Source: a virus
Lineage: Duplodnaviria; Heunggongvirae; Uroviricota; Caudoviricetes
Length of the DNA stretch: 21,013 nt
Reading direction: 5' to 3' (one strand)
IMG/VR virus record: IMGVR_UViG_3300048593_000456
Location: 90,514 to 111,526 of that record
Shown: positions 1 through 9,125 of the stretch, one piece after another
Layout: every line of letters begins with the position of its first letter
Numbering within the stretch: position 1 is the stretch's first letter
Program-made: the position numbers and the translations under genes
The notes under the pieces: model-generated
What the model saw: the letters and a program-made list of their open reading frames with translations, nothing else
What the model was told of the DNA's origin: nothing
Databases searched by the model: none

Positions 1-1
1 A

Positions 2-166
2 AAACTTTGCCATTATTACAAAACAAATTGGCCGGAAACTGAAACTAACATTTGTCAATACGTAGAAAATAACATAAAATTGTACGGAATAGAAGAAACA
101 ACACAAAATTTAAAGAAAAAGGGGTTTGAAACAAGTTTTTATCAATCTCCGGGATCAGTAAAATAA
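2..166 (+). CDS. C-terminal fragment of a gene entering from the left edge; possibly the Cys-bearing tail of a RecB/Cas4-like PD-(D/E)XK exonuclease
   Basis: Not in the ORF track. Frame 2 is open from the edge to TAA at 164-166 and reads KLCHYYKTNWPETETNICQYVENNIKLYGIEETTQNLKKKGFETSFYQSPGSVK*. The stop is 1 nt before the next ATG (168). The product guess rests on recollection of similar phage C-termini and is weak. Confidence 0.6.
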   Translation, partial: KLCHYYKTNWPETETNICQYVENNIKLYGIEETTQNLKKKGFETSFYQSPGSVK

Positions 167-167
167 T

Positions 168-683
168 ATGATTGAATTTAAAATTACAGACGAAATGGTT
201 AGAAAAGCTTGGGCTAAATCTATTGATATGGGCAAGCTTAAGAATTCCATAACCGAGGGCGATGGAAATATTGCGGGATTTATCGGAGAGCAGGTTGCAA
301 ACCTTGTGATCGGTGGTACAATAGTCAATACGAAGGATTACGATCTTGTCGGGCCTGATGGAACGACTTATGATGTCAAGACGAAGCGGTGTACTTCCGA
401 GCCTATGACTCACTATGAATGTAGTGTTGCAGCTTATAATACAGTCCAAAAGTGTGATAAGTATATTTTTATTAGAGTTGAGTTTGTTGATAATAAATAT
501 ACTAGAGCGTGGTATCTTGGCAGTATAGATAAAAATCTATATTTCAATAAGGCCCGAAAGCTATACAAGGGCCAAAAAGACGGTTCTAATTGGTTTACTG
601 TTAAAAGTGATTGTTACAATTTGAAAATTGAGGATTTGAATGACAATAACAATGCGGACAACTCAGAAGAGGGAAAAGTTTAG
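168..683 (+). CDS. PD-(D/E)XK restriction-endonuclease-like nuclease
   Basis: The acidic/Lys pattern E41 (GEQVA), D59 (DYDL), D69-V-K71 (YDVKTK) matches the PD-(D/E)XK catalytic layout. Confidence 0.65.
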   Translation: MIEFKITDEMVRKAWAKSIDMGKLKNSITEGDGNIAGFIGEQVANLVIGGTIVNTKDYDLVGPDGTTYDVKTKRCTSEPMTHYECSVAAYNTVQKCDKYIFIRVEFVDNKYTRAWYLGSIDKNLYFNKARKLYKGQKDGSNWFTVKSDCYNLKIEDLNDNNNADNSEEGKV

Positions 684-1017
684 TTATTTTTTAAGTATTA
701 TTAAGTCAGCCGGTCTTATGTATGAATATGGCGGCATATCTCAACTATTTGACAAACTTGACTCTATAGATACCATTGGTATATTATACGTTGACGGGCT
801 TGCTTGTTCTTGTGCTATAACAACTAAAAGTAATGCAATATTTGATATGTATAATATTGCTGCATATACAAGTATGCCGTTCAGACGTAAGGGTTATAGT
901 AAAATGCTTTTGAAAAAAGTGCTATCTAGAGACAAGCGAAAGTTTAAAAATAAACTATACAAATCTTCCGACTATAAATTTTACTCTAGAATAATTACAA
1001 AGAATTTGGTGTTTTAA
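640..1017 (+). CDS. GNAT-family acetyltransferase-like protein (start could be 652)
   Basis: AAYTSMPFRRKGYSKMLLKKV resembles GNAT acetyl-CoA-binding motif A (V-x-P-x-Y/F-R-R-K-G-x-G/A-x-x-L-L). Overlaps the previous gene and ends 1 nt before the next ATG. Confidence 0.6.
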   Translation: MTITMRTTQKREKFSYFLSIIKSAGLMYEYGGISQLFDKLDSIDTIGILYVDGLACSCAITTKSNAIFDMYNIAAYTSMPFRRKGYSKMLLKKVLSRDKRKFKNKLYKSSDYKFYSRIITKNLVF

Positions 1018-1018
1018 T

Positions 1019-1711
1019 ATGAATAAGAATCATTTTTGTGTTTTCGATTTTGAAACGGGCGGCGGCGAAAATCCGTCCAAGTGCCAGATAACTCAATTAT
1101 CGGCAATTATAATTAATCCTAGAAGTTTAAGGGCAGAACCCGGAGGAATATTTGATTCCGAGGTTCAGCCCATATTTGATAACGATAAAGCTATTGCGGC
1201 GGACCTAAACCCTGTTCAGCAAGAAGCTTTAGATGTTACACGTAAGACTAAAGAAAAACTTATGGAAGCTCCACCGGAAAAAATTGTATGGGAAAAATTC
1301 AAGCAGTTTATCAAGCGATTTAATATAAAAAATAGCGTATATACCGCACCTATTCCCGTGGGATATAATATAATAAATTATGACATGCCCATTATTAATA
1401 GGTTGTGCCTGCAATACGGGCCTGCATCTAAAGATAAACAATCGATATTTAATCAATTATACAAAGTCGATTTGCTTGATTATTTTATGATGATGACTGA
1501 AAATTCGGTCAATATAACTTCCCGCAAGCTTGTTGACATGATGGATTTTATGGGAATGCCCTCTCATATGAAAGCTAACGCACACGATGGATTACACGAT
1601 GTAAAATGCACCGCTAATATTTTTATTAAGCTAATGCATTACCAGCGTGCTATTACACTAAAAACAGATTATTCCAAGGCTTTTGCCGACAGCCCTTTAT
1701 TTATAGAATAA
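1019..1711 (+). CDS. DEDDh 3'-5' exonuclease (DnaQ/Pol III epsilon-like)
   Basis: ExoI VFDFETGG (D10, E12), ExoII GYNIINYDMP, ExoIII AHDGLHDVKCT. Directly upstream of dnaE. Confidence 0.9.
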   Translation: MNKNHFCVFDFETGGGENPSKCQITQLSAIIINPRSLRAEPGGIFDSEVQPIFDNDKAIAADLNPVQQEALDVTRKTKEKLMEAPPEKIVWEKFKQFIKRFNIKNSVYTAPIPVGYNIINYDMPIINRLCLQYGPASKDKQSIFNQLYKVDLLDYFMMMTENSVNITSRKLVDMMDFMGMPSHMKANAHDGLHDVKCTANIFIKLMHYQRAITLKTDYSKAFADSPLFIE

Positions 1712-1715
1712 AAAA

Positions 1716-4700
1716 ATGACAGAATTTGTTCCTTGGGTTCCTCTACACCAACACTCAAATCTTAGCCTGCTAGACGGTTTCTCCGTTCCTAAGGATATTG
1801 CGAAGACATGTGCGAGTTATGGTTATCGGGCCGCAGCTATTACTGACCACAGAAACGTAGCCGCCCACGTAAAATTCTTTAAGGCTTGTAAAGATGCCGG
1901 TATTAAACCGATTTTAGGCTGCGAATTTGATATATCAGATGATTTGTCCACTGTTAGAACTGCGGCAAATCGCTCTACTAATCACTTAGTAGTTCTGTGT
2001 AAAAATTTGGCCGGATGGTATGAAATGCTTCGGGCCGTATCGAAAACAAACGATCCTAATTCTTTTTATTACAAGGCCCGCATATCTTTAGAAGAATGCA
2101 AAGAGTTTCTATCTAGCGGAAACCATGTAGCTATCAGCGGCCATGCCGGAAGTACAATTTGTGATATACTTTTTACTTCCACATCTGTTTACAGAAGCAA
2201 GAGTGAAGAACAAGCCCGGACATTTTTACGCGAAGACTGGGAAACAGTTCTGGAGCAACATATACAAAAGCATATTGATGTATTCGGCAAAGAGAATTTT
2301 TTTCTTGAGATTCAACTAATCGATAAAGAACATTTACCCATGACTTCCGTAACGGCTGAATGTCTAAGGTGTATGTCTCAAAAATTAAACATTAAAACAG
2401 TGGCGACCGCAGATAGTCATTACGTTCGTAAGAGCGATGCTATTTACCAAAGAATTTTGCTATGTTCTAACTTAGGACGTACCTTGCCGGGAGTCATACG
2501 AGATATCCAGAACGGAAAAGACGTTCCTCTTGGTACATTCTTCGTGTCTGATAACTATCATATTCCTACATATGCTGAAATGCAAGCATTGCACACTCAG
2601 GAAGAACTGGAGAATGCAGTTTTGATAGCGGACATGTGTGAAGAGTACGACATTCTTTCAACTCCACAATTGCCAAAATTTGATTGTCCAAACGGTATAT
2701 CTGAAATCGAATATGTAAAACAATTATGCCGTGAAGGATGGAAAAAACTTCCTTTTAAAAAACAAAAAGATCAAGTTTATATTAATCGTGTGAAGGAAGA
2801 ACTTCAAGTTATTGAGGAAGCTAATCTGGCTGGATATTTTCTTATTGTTTGGGATATCATCAGGTTTTGTAAGTCTAAAAATTGGAAAACGGGCGTGGGT
2901 AGAGGGTCGGCTGCGGGGTGTTTAATGTCATATCTTATAGGTATTACAGGTATTGATCCTATTCCGTATAATCTACTGTTCAGTAGGTTTTATAACTCCG
3001 GAAGAAAAGGTACTTTGCCAGATATTGATCTTGATATTCCGAGTCAACATAGGGATGAAATCATTCAGTATATTAAGACTAAATATGGTGAAGATAAAGT
3101 TTCACAGATGGCTACATTCTCTTCCTTAATGGGTAAGTCTGCCATGAAAGAAGTCCTACGCATTGAAGATGTTGTAACTCCAGCAGAAGCGAATGAAATC
3201 ACGGAACATATTCCCGATAAAGCAGAAATTGCCGATGAATTAGAAAACATGGAAGATGCATCTATTATTAAATGGGCATTGATTCATAGAGCAAGCAAGC
3301 TGTCTCAATGGTGTACTATCGATGAAGACGATAACTTGTCCGGGCCTTTGGCGGGATCTTTTTATAGGGCCATACAAATTGAAGGCTGTTATAAATCTCA
3401 AGGCAAGCACCCAGCGGGCGTTATTATCTCTTATAGGCCGCTACAAGAGATTTGCCCCATCGTTAGGGATAAAGACGGGGCACCCATCGCGGGCTTAGAA
3501 ATGGGCGATTTGGAGGCTTTGGGGCACGTAAAATTTGATATTCTTGGTGTGTCTATCTTAGATAAGTTAATGGATATAATTCCGCATTTGCCAGAAGGGT
3601 GTAATGTTGAAAATCTAGAAGATAAAGCGACTTGGAAAACTTTCGCAGATGGTGACGTAAAGGGTATATTTCAGCTAGAAAAACAAAAACGATGGGTTAA
3701 AAAATTAAAACCAGAAAACATTCACCATTTAGCTGCTCTAGTTTCAATTATCCGTCCGGGATGCGTTGAATCACTGGGAGAAGATGGTGTATCTATGACT
3801 CAGCACTATATCGACAGAAAAAACGGAGAAGAAGAAGTTCCAAGTATACATGAGGTTGTAGATAAGACCCTTAAGGATACATATGGAGTTTTGGTATATC
3901 AAGAAACAGCGATGTTATTGTCCAGAGATGTCGCGGGATTTACTCTGGATGAAGCCGATGAATTAAGAAAAGCTATTGGTAAAAAACGCACCGATGTTAT
4001 GGCTAAAGTAAAAGATAAATTCTTCAAAGGTTCTTCTAGAGTATCAGTTACATCAGAAGAGATTACTAAAAAAATATTTGACTGGATTGAGAAATCGCAA
4101 CGTTACAGCTTTAACGCGAGTCATGCGTACTCATATGGACACAATGCTTATTATTCCGCCTATTGTAAAACTCATAATCCGATTAAGTTCTACGAAGTCT
4201 ATCTAAATCATTCTAAAAATGGTCCCGACCGAATGGAAGAAATAAAAGATTTAGTAAATGATGCCAGACAGCATGGAATTAATGTTGTACCGCCATCTTT
4301 GAGTAATTTATATGAAAATTTTACTGCTGTTCCGGAACAAAATTCGATTGCTTTTGGATACGGGCACGTTAAAAATGTAGGTGTAAAAGAAGCAGCTAAA
4401 ATAGAAGATATAAAATCCAAACACGATGTAGAGAAATTCAATTGGATAGATATATTATGCATTTTTAATAAAATCAATAGCCTTTCAATGAATGCACTCA
4501 TCGCAGTCGGTGCTTTTAATGGTGACTATAATAAAAACAGTAGAGATAAAATGCTTTACGAATATAATACCTTTAAGGATCTTACCGATAAAGAAATATT
4601 ATTTATTAAAGAAAACGTAGAAAAGGACAAAGGTTTGCTGTATCATATAAATTTGCTTATAAATAAATATAAGCTTACAAGTAGTAGAATGGCTAAAGTT

Positions 4701-5135
4701 TTAGGAATGAAGTCGGCACTGGAAAATCCAATGTACGATATTAATGATTCTGCGGCTATGATATTACAAAAAGAGCGTTTTTATATGGGGCTTCCTCTTT
4801 CTTATTTAGGTAATGTGTCTCCGGGAAGTTATTCTTCCGATACTACATGTCTTGATGTTGTGAGCGGAAATGCTAAGGGGACGATTAATCTTATAGTTAA
4901 TATAACAAATGTTAGAGAGCATAAGGTCAAAAGCGGTAAGACGGCGGGTCAAATGATGGCTTTTATTAGTGGTGAAGATAGTACAGGATGCTTGAAGTCT
5001 ATTGTTGCTTTTCCTAAAGAATATGCAGAATATAGAGCTTTGTTAGTTGAAAATAACAACATTATGATTCAGGGATCGGTAGAATCTAGAAATGATGAAT
5101 ACTCGTTAAATGTTAGGAAAATTGTACAGGTTTAA
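1716..5135 (+). CDS. dnaE: DNA polymerase III alpha subunit (DnaE type, family C)
   Basis: PHP domain LHQHS..LLDG..AITDH..GCE..ADSHY; GRGSAAG; catalytic PDIDLD (D436, D438); KFDILG; YSFNASHAYSY; C-terminal OB fold (MMAFISGEDSTG). Confidence 0.97.
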   Translation: MTEFVPWVPLHQHSNLSLLDGFSVPKDIAKTCASYGYRAAAITDHRNVAAHVKFFKACKDAGIKPILGCEFDISDDLSTVRTAANRSTNHLVVLCKNLAGWYEMLRAVSKTNDPNSFYYKARISLEECKEFLSSGNHVAISGHAGSTICDILFTSTSVYRSKSEEQARTFLREDWETVLEQHIQKHIDVFGKENFFLEIQLIDKEHLPMTSVTAECLRCMSQKLNIKTVATADSHYVRKSDAIYQRILLCSNLGRTLPGVIRDIQNGKDVPLGTFFVSDNYHIPTYAEMQALHTQEELENAVLIADMCEEYDILSTPQLPKFDCPNGISEIEYVKQLCREGWKKLPFKKQKDQVYINRVKEELQVIEEANLAGYFLIVWDIIRFCKSKNWKTGVGRGSAAGCLMSYLIGITGIDPIPYNLLFSRFYNSGRKGTLPDIDLDIPSQHRDEIIQYIKTKYGEDKVSQMATFSSLMGKSAMKEVLRIEDVVTPAEANEITEHIPDKAEIADELENMEDASIIKWALIHRASKLSQWCTIDEDDNLSGPLAGSFYRAIQIEGCYKSQGKHPAGVIISYRPLQEICPIVRDKDGAPIAGLEMGDLEALGHVKFDILGVSILDKLMDIIPHLPEGCNVENLEDKATWKTFADGDVKGIFQLEKQKRWVKKLKPENIHHLAALVSIIRPGCVESLGEDGVSMTQHYIDRKNGEEEVPSIHEVVDKTLKDTYGVLVYQETAMLLSRDVAGFTLDEADELRKAIGKKRTDVMAKVKDKFFKGSSRVSVTSEEITKKIFDWIEKSQRYSFNASHAYSYGHNAYYSAYCKTHNPIKFYEVYLNHSKNGPDRMEEIKDLVNDARQHGINVVPPSLSNLYENFTAVPEQNSIAFGYGHVKNVGVKEAAKIEDIKSKHDVEKFNWIDILCIFNKINSLSMNALIAVGAFNGDYNKNSRDKMLYEYNTFKDLTDKEILFIKENVEKDKGLLYHINLLINKYKLTSSRMAKVLGMKSALENPMYDINDSAAMILQKERFYMGLPLSYLGNVSPGSYSSDTTCLDVVSGNAKGTINLIVNITNVREHKVKSGKTAGQMMAFISGEDSTGCLKSIVAFPKEYAEYRALLVENNNIMIQGSVESRNDEYSLNVRKIVQV

Positions 5136-5137
5136 AT

Positions 5138-5431
5138 ATGAATAATTGTTATTTTGTCGGAAGAATATTAGAAGATTTAACTCTTAATGTTGAGCATGAT
5201 TGTAATGTGTGTGATTTTGTCATAGAAGTTGAAGAGAAGTGGCAAGGAAAAACTGATGGTAAAAAAAATATCATTAAAACTATGATTAACTGCACTGCTT
5301 GGGATAAAGGTGCTGACGCATTATATGCCAAACTTGTCAAGGGCGATATGATTTTTATTGAAGGCTCCTTACGTCATGACGAAGACGGAATAGATTACAT
5401 AAGAGTTAACAGTTTCAGAAAGGCATATTAA
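5138..5431 (+). CDS. ssb: Single-stranded DNA-binding protein, OB fold only (97 aa, no acidic tail)
   Basis: MNNCYFVGRI..D, INCTAWDKGA, KGDMIFIEGSLR match SSB family signatures (N-x-V-x-L-x-G-R-L; F/W-I-x-C-x-A-W; K-G-x-x-V-x-V-E-G-x-L). Confidence 0.85.
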   Translation: MNNCYFVGRILEDLTLNVEHDCNVCDFVIEVEEKWQGKTDGKKNIIKTMINCTAWDKGADALYAKLVKGDMIFIEGSLRHDEDGIDYIRVNSFRKAY

Positions 5432-7065
5432 TGAAAAAAATATTGCTATGCACAGAGTTTAGCGGATTTAGTACGGGATACGGAGTTTACGGTAGAGAGC
5501 TTCTAAGCAGGCTGTCTAAACACTACGAAGTAGCTGAGCTAGGTTGTTACATAACACCTGATGATCCAAGAATGTCTAATTATCCTTGGAGGGTTTATCC
5601 GAACAAGCCTAGCGAAAACAGTCCTGATTATAATAATTATCTAGCGTCTAGTTCTTTTGAATACGGCGAATATACATTCAACAATGTATTATTAGATTTT
5701 AAACCTGACTATGTCATAGACTTTAGAGATCCTTGGGCATTTGAATATCAAAGCAGGTCGCCGTTTCGAAATTTTTACAACTGGCTTATATGTCCAACTG
5801 TAGACGCTAGACCACAAAATGCTGACTGGATGGAATTGTATGGAAATGCCGATGGTGTTTTAACATACTCTGAATTCGGCAGAAAAACTATTCTGGCTCA
5901 ATCTAGCAATATTAACGTCCTCGGAGTTGCAAGTCCTGCGGCAAGCGAAAACTACAAGCCTTTTACTATAGAAGAAAAAAATCAGTTACGGGCCTTCAAT
6001 AATATTCCTCAAGATATTTATATTCTAGGCACCGTTATGCGTAATCAGCCTAGAAAATTGTTTCCGGAATTATTTAAACTATTCAAGAGATATGTCAAAG
6101 AGTCGGGCCGTAGAGATGTTTACTTATACTGTCATACTGCATTTCCTGATGTTGGGTGGAATATTCCGGAATTATTAATGGAATCAGAATTATCCAGCAG
6201 AGTTATTTTTACTTACAAGTGTAAGACTTGTCAAAATATATCTGTGGAGCATTTTTCCGATACAGTAAAATACTGCAATAAATGCGGAAACTTTAGTAAA
6301 AATATTGCAGGCGTTAATAATAGCCTGACAGAACAAGAGCTTAACTTTGTATATAACCTATTTGATGTATATATTCAATACGCTACAAATGAGGGTTTTG
6401 GAATTCCTATAGTAGAAGCGGCTAAAGCGGGTGTTCCGGTAATGAATGTTAATTATTCTTCAATGGAAGATTTTTCACAAACGATATCTACTATACCTAT
6501 TGATGTAAAAGAATATGTTAAAGAGGCTTCTACTTCAAGATTGCTTGCAGTCCCCTGTGAAAATTCGGCAGTAGATATTTTGTTTGATTTATTCTCTCTC
6601 CCAAGAGATTACATGCATTCATCTCTTGGAAAAGCCTATCATAAATTATCTAGTGATTTTTATTCTTGGGATAAAAACGCACAGGTTTGGATCGACGCAA
6701 TCGAATCAATTCCTTTAAAGAGTAAAAAATGGAATGATCCCGTTGAAATTTTGCAGCCGGACCCTATAATGAACGTGGGCATGTCTCCGTGCGAACAGGC
6801 TGTATTTTTAATCAATAACGTTTTAAAGAAGCCGGAATTTATGTTTTCTAATTTATGGAGAAGGCTTGTTAAAGATCTTACTTATAGAAGTACAATGCCG
6901 GGCGTGGGACTATTATATTTTAATGAAAATTCATTCAAGGATAATTTAAAAGGCAGACCATTTACATTTGAAGATGCATATGAATCAATGGTTCAGCTAA
7001 GAGATTTTTATAATAAATGGGAACAGAACAGAAATGAAAGTATTGTACATAGGTCATTACGCTGA
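5431..7065 (+). CDS. Glycosyltransferase family 4 (GT-B) with an inserted CxxC-x14-CxxC motif and a C-terminal extension
   Basis: GTVMRNQPRKLFPEL, DVYIQYATNEGFGIPIVEAAKAGVP (E-x7-E motif). C264-x2-C267 and C282-x2-C285. The start overlaps the ssb stop (TAATG). Confidence 0.9.
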   Translation: MKKILLCTEFSGFSTGYGVYGRELLSRLSKHYEVAELGCYITPDDPRMSNYPWRVYPNKPSENSPDYNNYLASSSFEYGEYTFNNVLLDFKPDYVIDFRDPWAFEYQSRSPFRNFYNWLICPTVDARPQNADWMELYGNADGVLTYSEFGRKTILAQSSNINVLGVASPAASENYKPFTIEEKNQLRAFNNIPQDIYILGTVMRNQPRKLFPELFKLFKRYVKESGRRDVYLYCHTAFPDVGWNIPELLMESELSSRVIFTYKCKTCQNISVEHFSDTVKYCNKCGNFSKNIAGVNNSLTEQELNFVYNLFDVYIQYATNEGFGIPIVEAAKAGVPVMNVNYSSMEDFSQTISTIPIDVKEYVKEASTSRLLAVPCENSAVDILFDLFSLPRDYMHSSLGKAYHKLSSDFYSWDKNAQVWIDAIESIPLKSKKWNDPVEILQPDPIMNVGMSPCEQAVFLINNVLKKPEFMFSNLWRRLVKDLTYRSTMPGVGLLYFNENSFKDNLKGRPFTFEDAYESMVQLRDFYNKWEQNRNESIVHRSLR

Positions 7066-8155
7066 TGGAACTGGTTGGGGCAATGCCGCACTCCATAACA
7101 TTATAGCTATGAACAGAATTGGAATAGATGTTATTCCAAGGAGAGTTTCATACAAGCCAGAAGAAGCACAATCAGTACCTCAAGAAATAGCAGAGCTAGA
7201 ACAAAAATCTTTGTACGGAGTAGACGTATGCGTTCAACATACATTACCGACTAATTATAGTTATTACTCCGGTAGGTCAAAAATCAGAAACATATGCATG
7301 TACGAAACTGAGACTAGCGATTTTAGATATACTCAGTGGTATAAGTATATCGATATGTTTAAAGAATGTTGGGTTCCAAATAATGATATGGTTATGGACT
7401 CATTTTTGTCCGGGGTAAAAAAATGCAAAGCAACTGTAGTTAATCATTGTATTGATGTTGATAAGTATAAAAATTTTGTACCGCAAAATGTTATAGCGGG
7501 ACTTAAAGATAAAAATGCTTATAACTTTTGTTACGTCGGGGAATTAAGTAAGAGAAAAAATGTTAAAGCTATCTTGCAGGCTTTCCATTTGGAGTTTGGT
7601 ATGCATGAGAATGTGAACTTATTTTTAAAACTTAATATGCCCGGAAAGAGTGCTAATGAAACGCTTCAAATAGCAAGCGAATTAAATAAATATGTTACTC
7701 GCGGCCTTAAAATAAGAAATAAATACAAGGAGCCGTTTGTTTTATGCGGGCACTGCGATGACAACGATCTTTTGTCTTTCATGAGTCAGTGTCATTGCTT
7801 CGTATGCGCTAGCAGTGGCGAGGCATGGTGCATTCCGGCACTAGAAGGAATGGCATTAGGTCTAGACTTAATATATACTAAAGGTACTGGTTTATCAGAA
7901 TTTGCTTTTAGTGACGCAATAGCGGTTAATAGCACGATTAGTCCCTGTACAGATGCTTTAGACACATTACTTGAAATATACACAGGTTTTGAAACATGGA
8001 GAAATATTAACATATCATGTTTACAGATGGCTATGAGACGGGCATTTTATAGAAAAAATTCTATAGATAGAGAAAAAATTAAGGGGCGTGCTTTTGAATT
8101 CGGTTACGAGAGAACCGGAAAGCAAATTATGGAGGCATTAAATGATACAAAATAA
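7034..8155 (+). CDS. Glycosyltransferase family 4 (GT-B)
   Basis: N-terminal GTGWGNAA loop, FCYVGELSKRKNV, SSGEAWCIPALEGMALG (E-x7-E). Confidence 0.9.
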   Translation: MKVLYIGHYADGTGWGNAALHNIIAMNRIGIDVIPRRVSYKPEEAQSVPQEIAELEQKSLYGVDVCVQHTLPTNYSYYSGRSKIRNICMYETETSDFRYTQWYKYIDMFKECWVPNNDMVMDSFLSGVKKCKATVVNHCIDVDKYKNFVPQNVIAGLKDKNAYNFCYVGELSKRKNVKAILQAFHLEFGMHENVNLFLKLNMPGKSANETLQIASELNKYVTRGLKIRNKYKEPFVLCGHCDDNDLLSFMSQCHCFVCASSGEAWCIPALEGMALGLDLIYTKGTGLSEFAFSDAIAVNSTISPCTDALDTLLEIYTGFETWRNINISCLQMAMRRAFYRKNSIDREKIKGRAFEFGYERTGKQIMEALNDTK

Positions 8156-9125
8156 AATAAGGCAATATTTAAGATCCGCAGATTTATTGAATAACGCCGA
8201 CCCGCTAAATATATTAGTTATAGGATCTACACACGAACGCTATGAACAACAATTATGTAAAACCGGACATAACTTTTTCTCAATTAATCATGGGAAGCAA
8301 TGGGATTTAAACTGCGGTGATATTCCGAAAAATTATCATATCATAGATTACATTCCCCATGATTTAAAACCCGACTTAATTTTAACTCATGTCTCCGGAG
8401 AAAGACTTGATATAGCTAATGAATACGCAAGAATTTTTAATGTAAAAGTAATACGACATACGCATACATTGCCCGAAAATGATTATGAACTAAAAGTATT
8501 CCGTTCTCAATATGCAGATTTAAATACATTCATATCTGAATACAGTAAAAATGCATGGGGTTTAAATAATCAGAAAACCGATGTTATTACACACGGAATT
8601 GACACGAGTTTTTTTTCTGATAAAAATATAGAAAGAAAAAATACAGTATTATCTGTTGTGAACAAATGGGCTAGTCGAGATTGGGCCTGCGGCTGGAAGT
8701 TATACCAAGAAATCGTTAATGGAAATAAAGATAAAACATTTATTGTTGCGGGAGATAATCCGGGTTTATCTAAACCAGCCAGTAGCACAAAGGCACTCGT
8801 TGATTTGTATAACGAATCATCTATATTTCTAAATACATCACAATTTTCTCCCGTTCCAATGGCTTTAATTGAAGCTATGGCTTGCGGCTGTGCTGTTGTG
8901 TCGAGTAATACATGCATGATACCCGAAATCATTACGCATGAATTTAACGGATTTCTAGCTAGCACGCCCGACGAATTTAATAAATACTTAACGCTATTAT
9001 ATAATAATAAAGAATTGGCCGAACAAATCGGTGCTAATGCCCGAATGACAATTTTCGAACATTACAACCTTATTAATTTTTGCCGGTCGTGGGATTCAAT
9101 TTTTAGAAAGACAATATTATCATGA
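8142..9125 (+). CDS. Glycosyltransferase family 4 (GT-B)
   Basis: VITHGIDTSFF, IFLNTSQFSPVPMALIEAMACGCAVVSS, EIITHEFNGFL. The first Glu of E-x7-E is replaced by Ser. SD GGAGG upstream. Confidence 0.9.
   Translation: MIQNKIRQYLRSADLLNNADPLNILVIGSTHERYEQQLCKTGHNFFSINHGKQWDLNCGDIPKNYHIIDYIPHDLKPDLILTHVSGERLDIANEYARIFNVKVIRHTHTLPENDYELKVFRSQYADLNTFISEYSKNAWGLNNQKTDVITHGIDTSFFSDKNIERKNTVLSVVNKWASRDWACGWKLYQEIVNGNKDKTFIVAGDNPGLSKPASSTKALVDLYNESSIFLNTSQFSPVPMALIEAMACGCAVVSSNTCMIPEIITHEFNGFLASTPDEFNKYLTLLYNNKELAEQIGANARMTIFEHYNLINFCRSWDSIFRKTILS

Noticed and set aside
1716-5135. Intein, intron or split in dnaE
   Set aside because: The ORF is a continuous 1139 aa with conserved motifs at normal spacing. 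No intein C/S...HN splice motifs or LAGLIDADG blocks were seen.
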